Source of the DNA: Paraspadella gotoi
Taxonomy: Eukaryota > Animalia > Chaetognatha
Direction of reading: 5' to 3'
Length of the DNA stretch: 8,618 bases
Assembly: GCA_051294375.1 (NCBI GenBank)
Contig: JBJCIZ010001626.1
Location: 1-8,618, forward strand
Both the position numbers and the translations under genes were made by a program. This document shows positions 7,691-8,618 of the stretch, piece after piece. The notes beneath the pieces were generated by a model. It had not been told where the DNA came from and ran no database searches. It saw only the letters and a program-made list of their open reading frames with translations. Position 1 is the first letter of the stretch, and each line of letters starts with the position of its first letter.

Positions 7691-8129
7691 CCTACTAATC
7701 CTCGCCGCAGGAGGCCAGCCATCGTGGATTTTAACTCGGCCGCACCGGAGGCACGCCCCCTTCCGCCGGCGCCCGCCGTTCTTCGAAAGATATAAATGGC
7801 ATAACCCTTTCTCTCTTTTATTTTGGGGAACGCGAAACAGGAATTACTCGAGCGAGCGCGCTACGGAACGGTTGCCTAACGCTTTATCTTACATTTACTC
7901 TGAAAATGTAGCTTCGACCCTCCAATTAACTCATAAAGAAAACCTTAAGAAAAGGGAAAAATGACAAGGTGATTAAAAAAAAAAAATAAAAAAAAAAACT
8001 CAGTTACATACCCGGTTCGACTCAATTCTCGTTACAAAAATCTCAAAACGTCATTCCGTGACGTGTTCAAGAAAATTTTAAATAACTCAATTAAGTTTTA
8101 ATTGGACAGTTTTTCAAGAGAAGTCGACA

Positions 8130-8134
<5 letters not shown>

Positions 8135-8170
<36 letters not shown>

Positions 8171-8186
8171 AGAGAGAGCAGAAGAG
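8135..8186 (+). repeat. (GA)n microsatellite
   Basis: Seen directly. Confidence 0.92.
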
Positions 8187-8618
8187 CAATTAGATAAAAA
8201 AAAAAAGACCGAAGGACCAAAAAACAAAAAAAAGGAAACAAAATAAGGGACTTTTATTTTCACTATCCGGCGGGGGACTGTGGCCTTTTTTTTTTTACTA
8301 ATGGTCGGAAATAAGTGGTCGGTCCCCCTAATTGGTGATAATTGTTGATAACTTAAGGTCGTAATTACGAAATTATCTGGGGCAGTTGTCCAAGGCGGCG
8401 TGATTGCAAACTGACGAACGAGAGAAACCGAGCCTGCTGCCACGAAATAACGTGAAAAACTGCTTTTTACTCGATTTACGAAACCGGCGATTCAAGATTA
8501 AATGAGTGTTTCAAACTGTGATCCGGATTGTAAATTTATATTTAGAATTGAAAAAAACAAAAAACTAGAGCAATTCAATTATCAGTGTAGACTATAAGGT
8601 CTAATCTTTGTATGTTTA

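Noticed and set aside
90-7964. Numerous 60-209 aa ORFs rich in SL, RE, K, F, T or D runs (e.g. 2109..2738, 5602..6039, 571..867)
   Set aside because: They are translations of microsatellites and homopolymers that lack stop codons; no domain-like sequence.
7997-8024. Pol III B-box-like GGTTCGACTC (8014-8023) with a partial A-box; weaker matches near 3570 and 1394
   Set aside because: No T-arm stem or cloverleaf and the A-B spacing is too short; not a tRNA or evident SINE.
8114-8443. 109-aa minus-strand ORF with a non-repetitive N-terminal half
   Set aside because: Non-ATG start, no recognisable motif, and it runs into A/T and CT repeats.
1-8618. Prokaryotic systems (CRISPR array, operon, IS element, defence system)
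   Set aside because: No repeat-spacer periodicity, no gene-dense coding structure and no terminal inverted repeats with a transposase; the composition is eukaryotic non-coding.

Overview
This window is AT-rich, microsatellite-dense DNA that reads as eukaryotic (probably animal) intergenic, intronic or regulatory sequence. I found no recognisable protein-coding gene, rRNA, tRNA, transposase or CRISPR array. Most ORFs in the supplied track are translations of (GA/CT)n, (GAC/GTC)n or A/T tracts. About a dozen GA/CT tracts in both orientations separate short unique islands. CpG is abundant, including a perfect (GTC)23, which suggests little germline CpG methylation. The best non-repeat signals are: a perfect palindromic RFX X-box (5537-5550) and a second near-consensus one (754-767); a perfect GTCACGTGAC (3349-3358); a CpG-rich zone at about 3900-5410 with E2F-type sites, a G4/GC-box and a speculative two-exon splice model; a ~113-bp degenerate fold-back (6633-6745); a branched RNA-like fold (4743-4836); and a PHO/GAGA/Sp-KLF/Zeste motif cluster (7551-7860). 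None of these can be called a new biological system from sequence alone; they are testable candidates.
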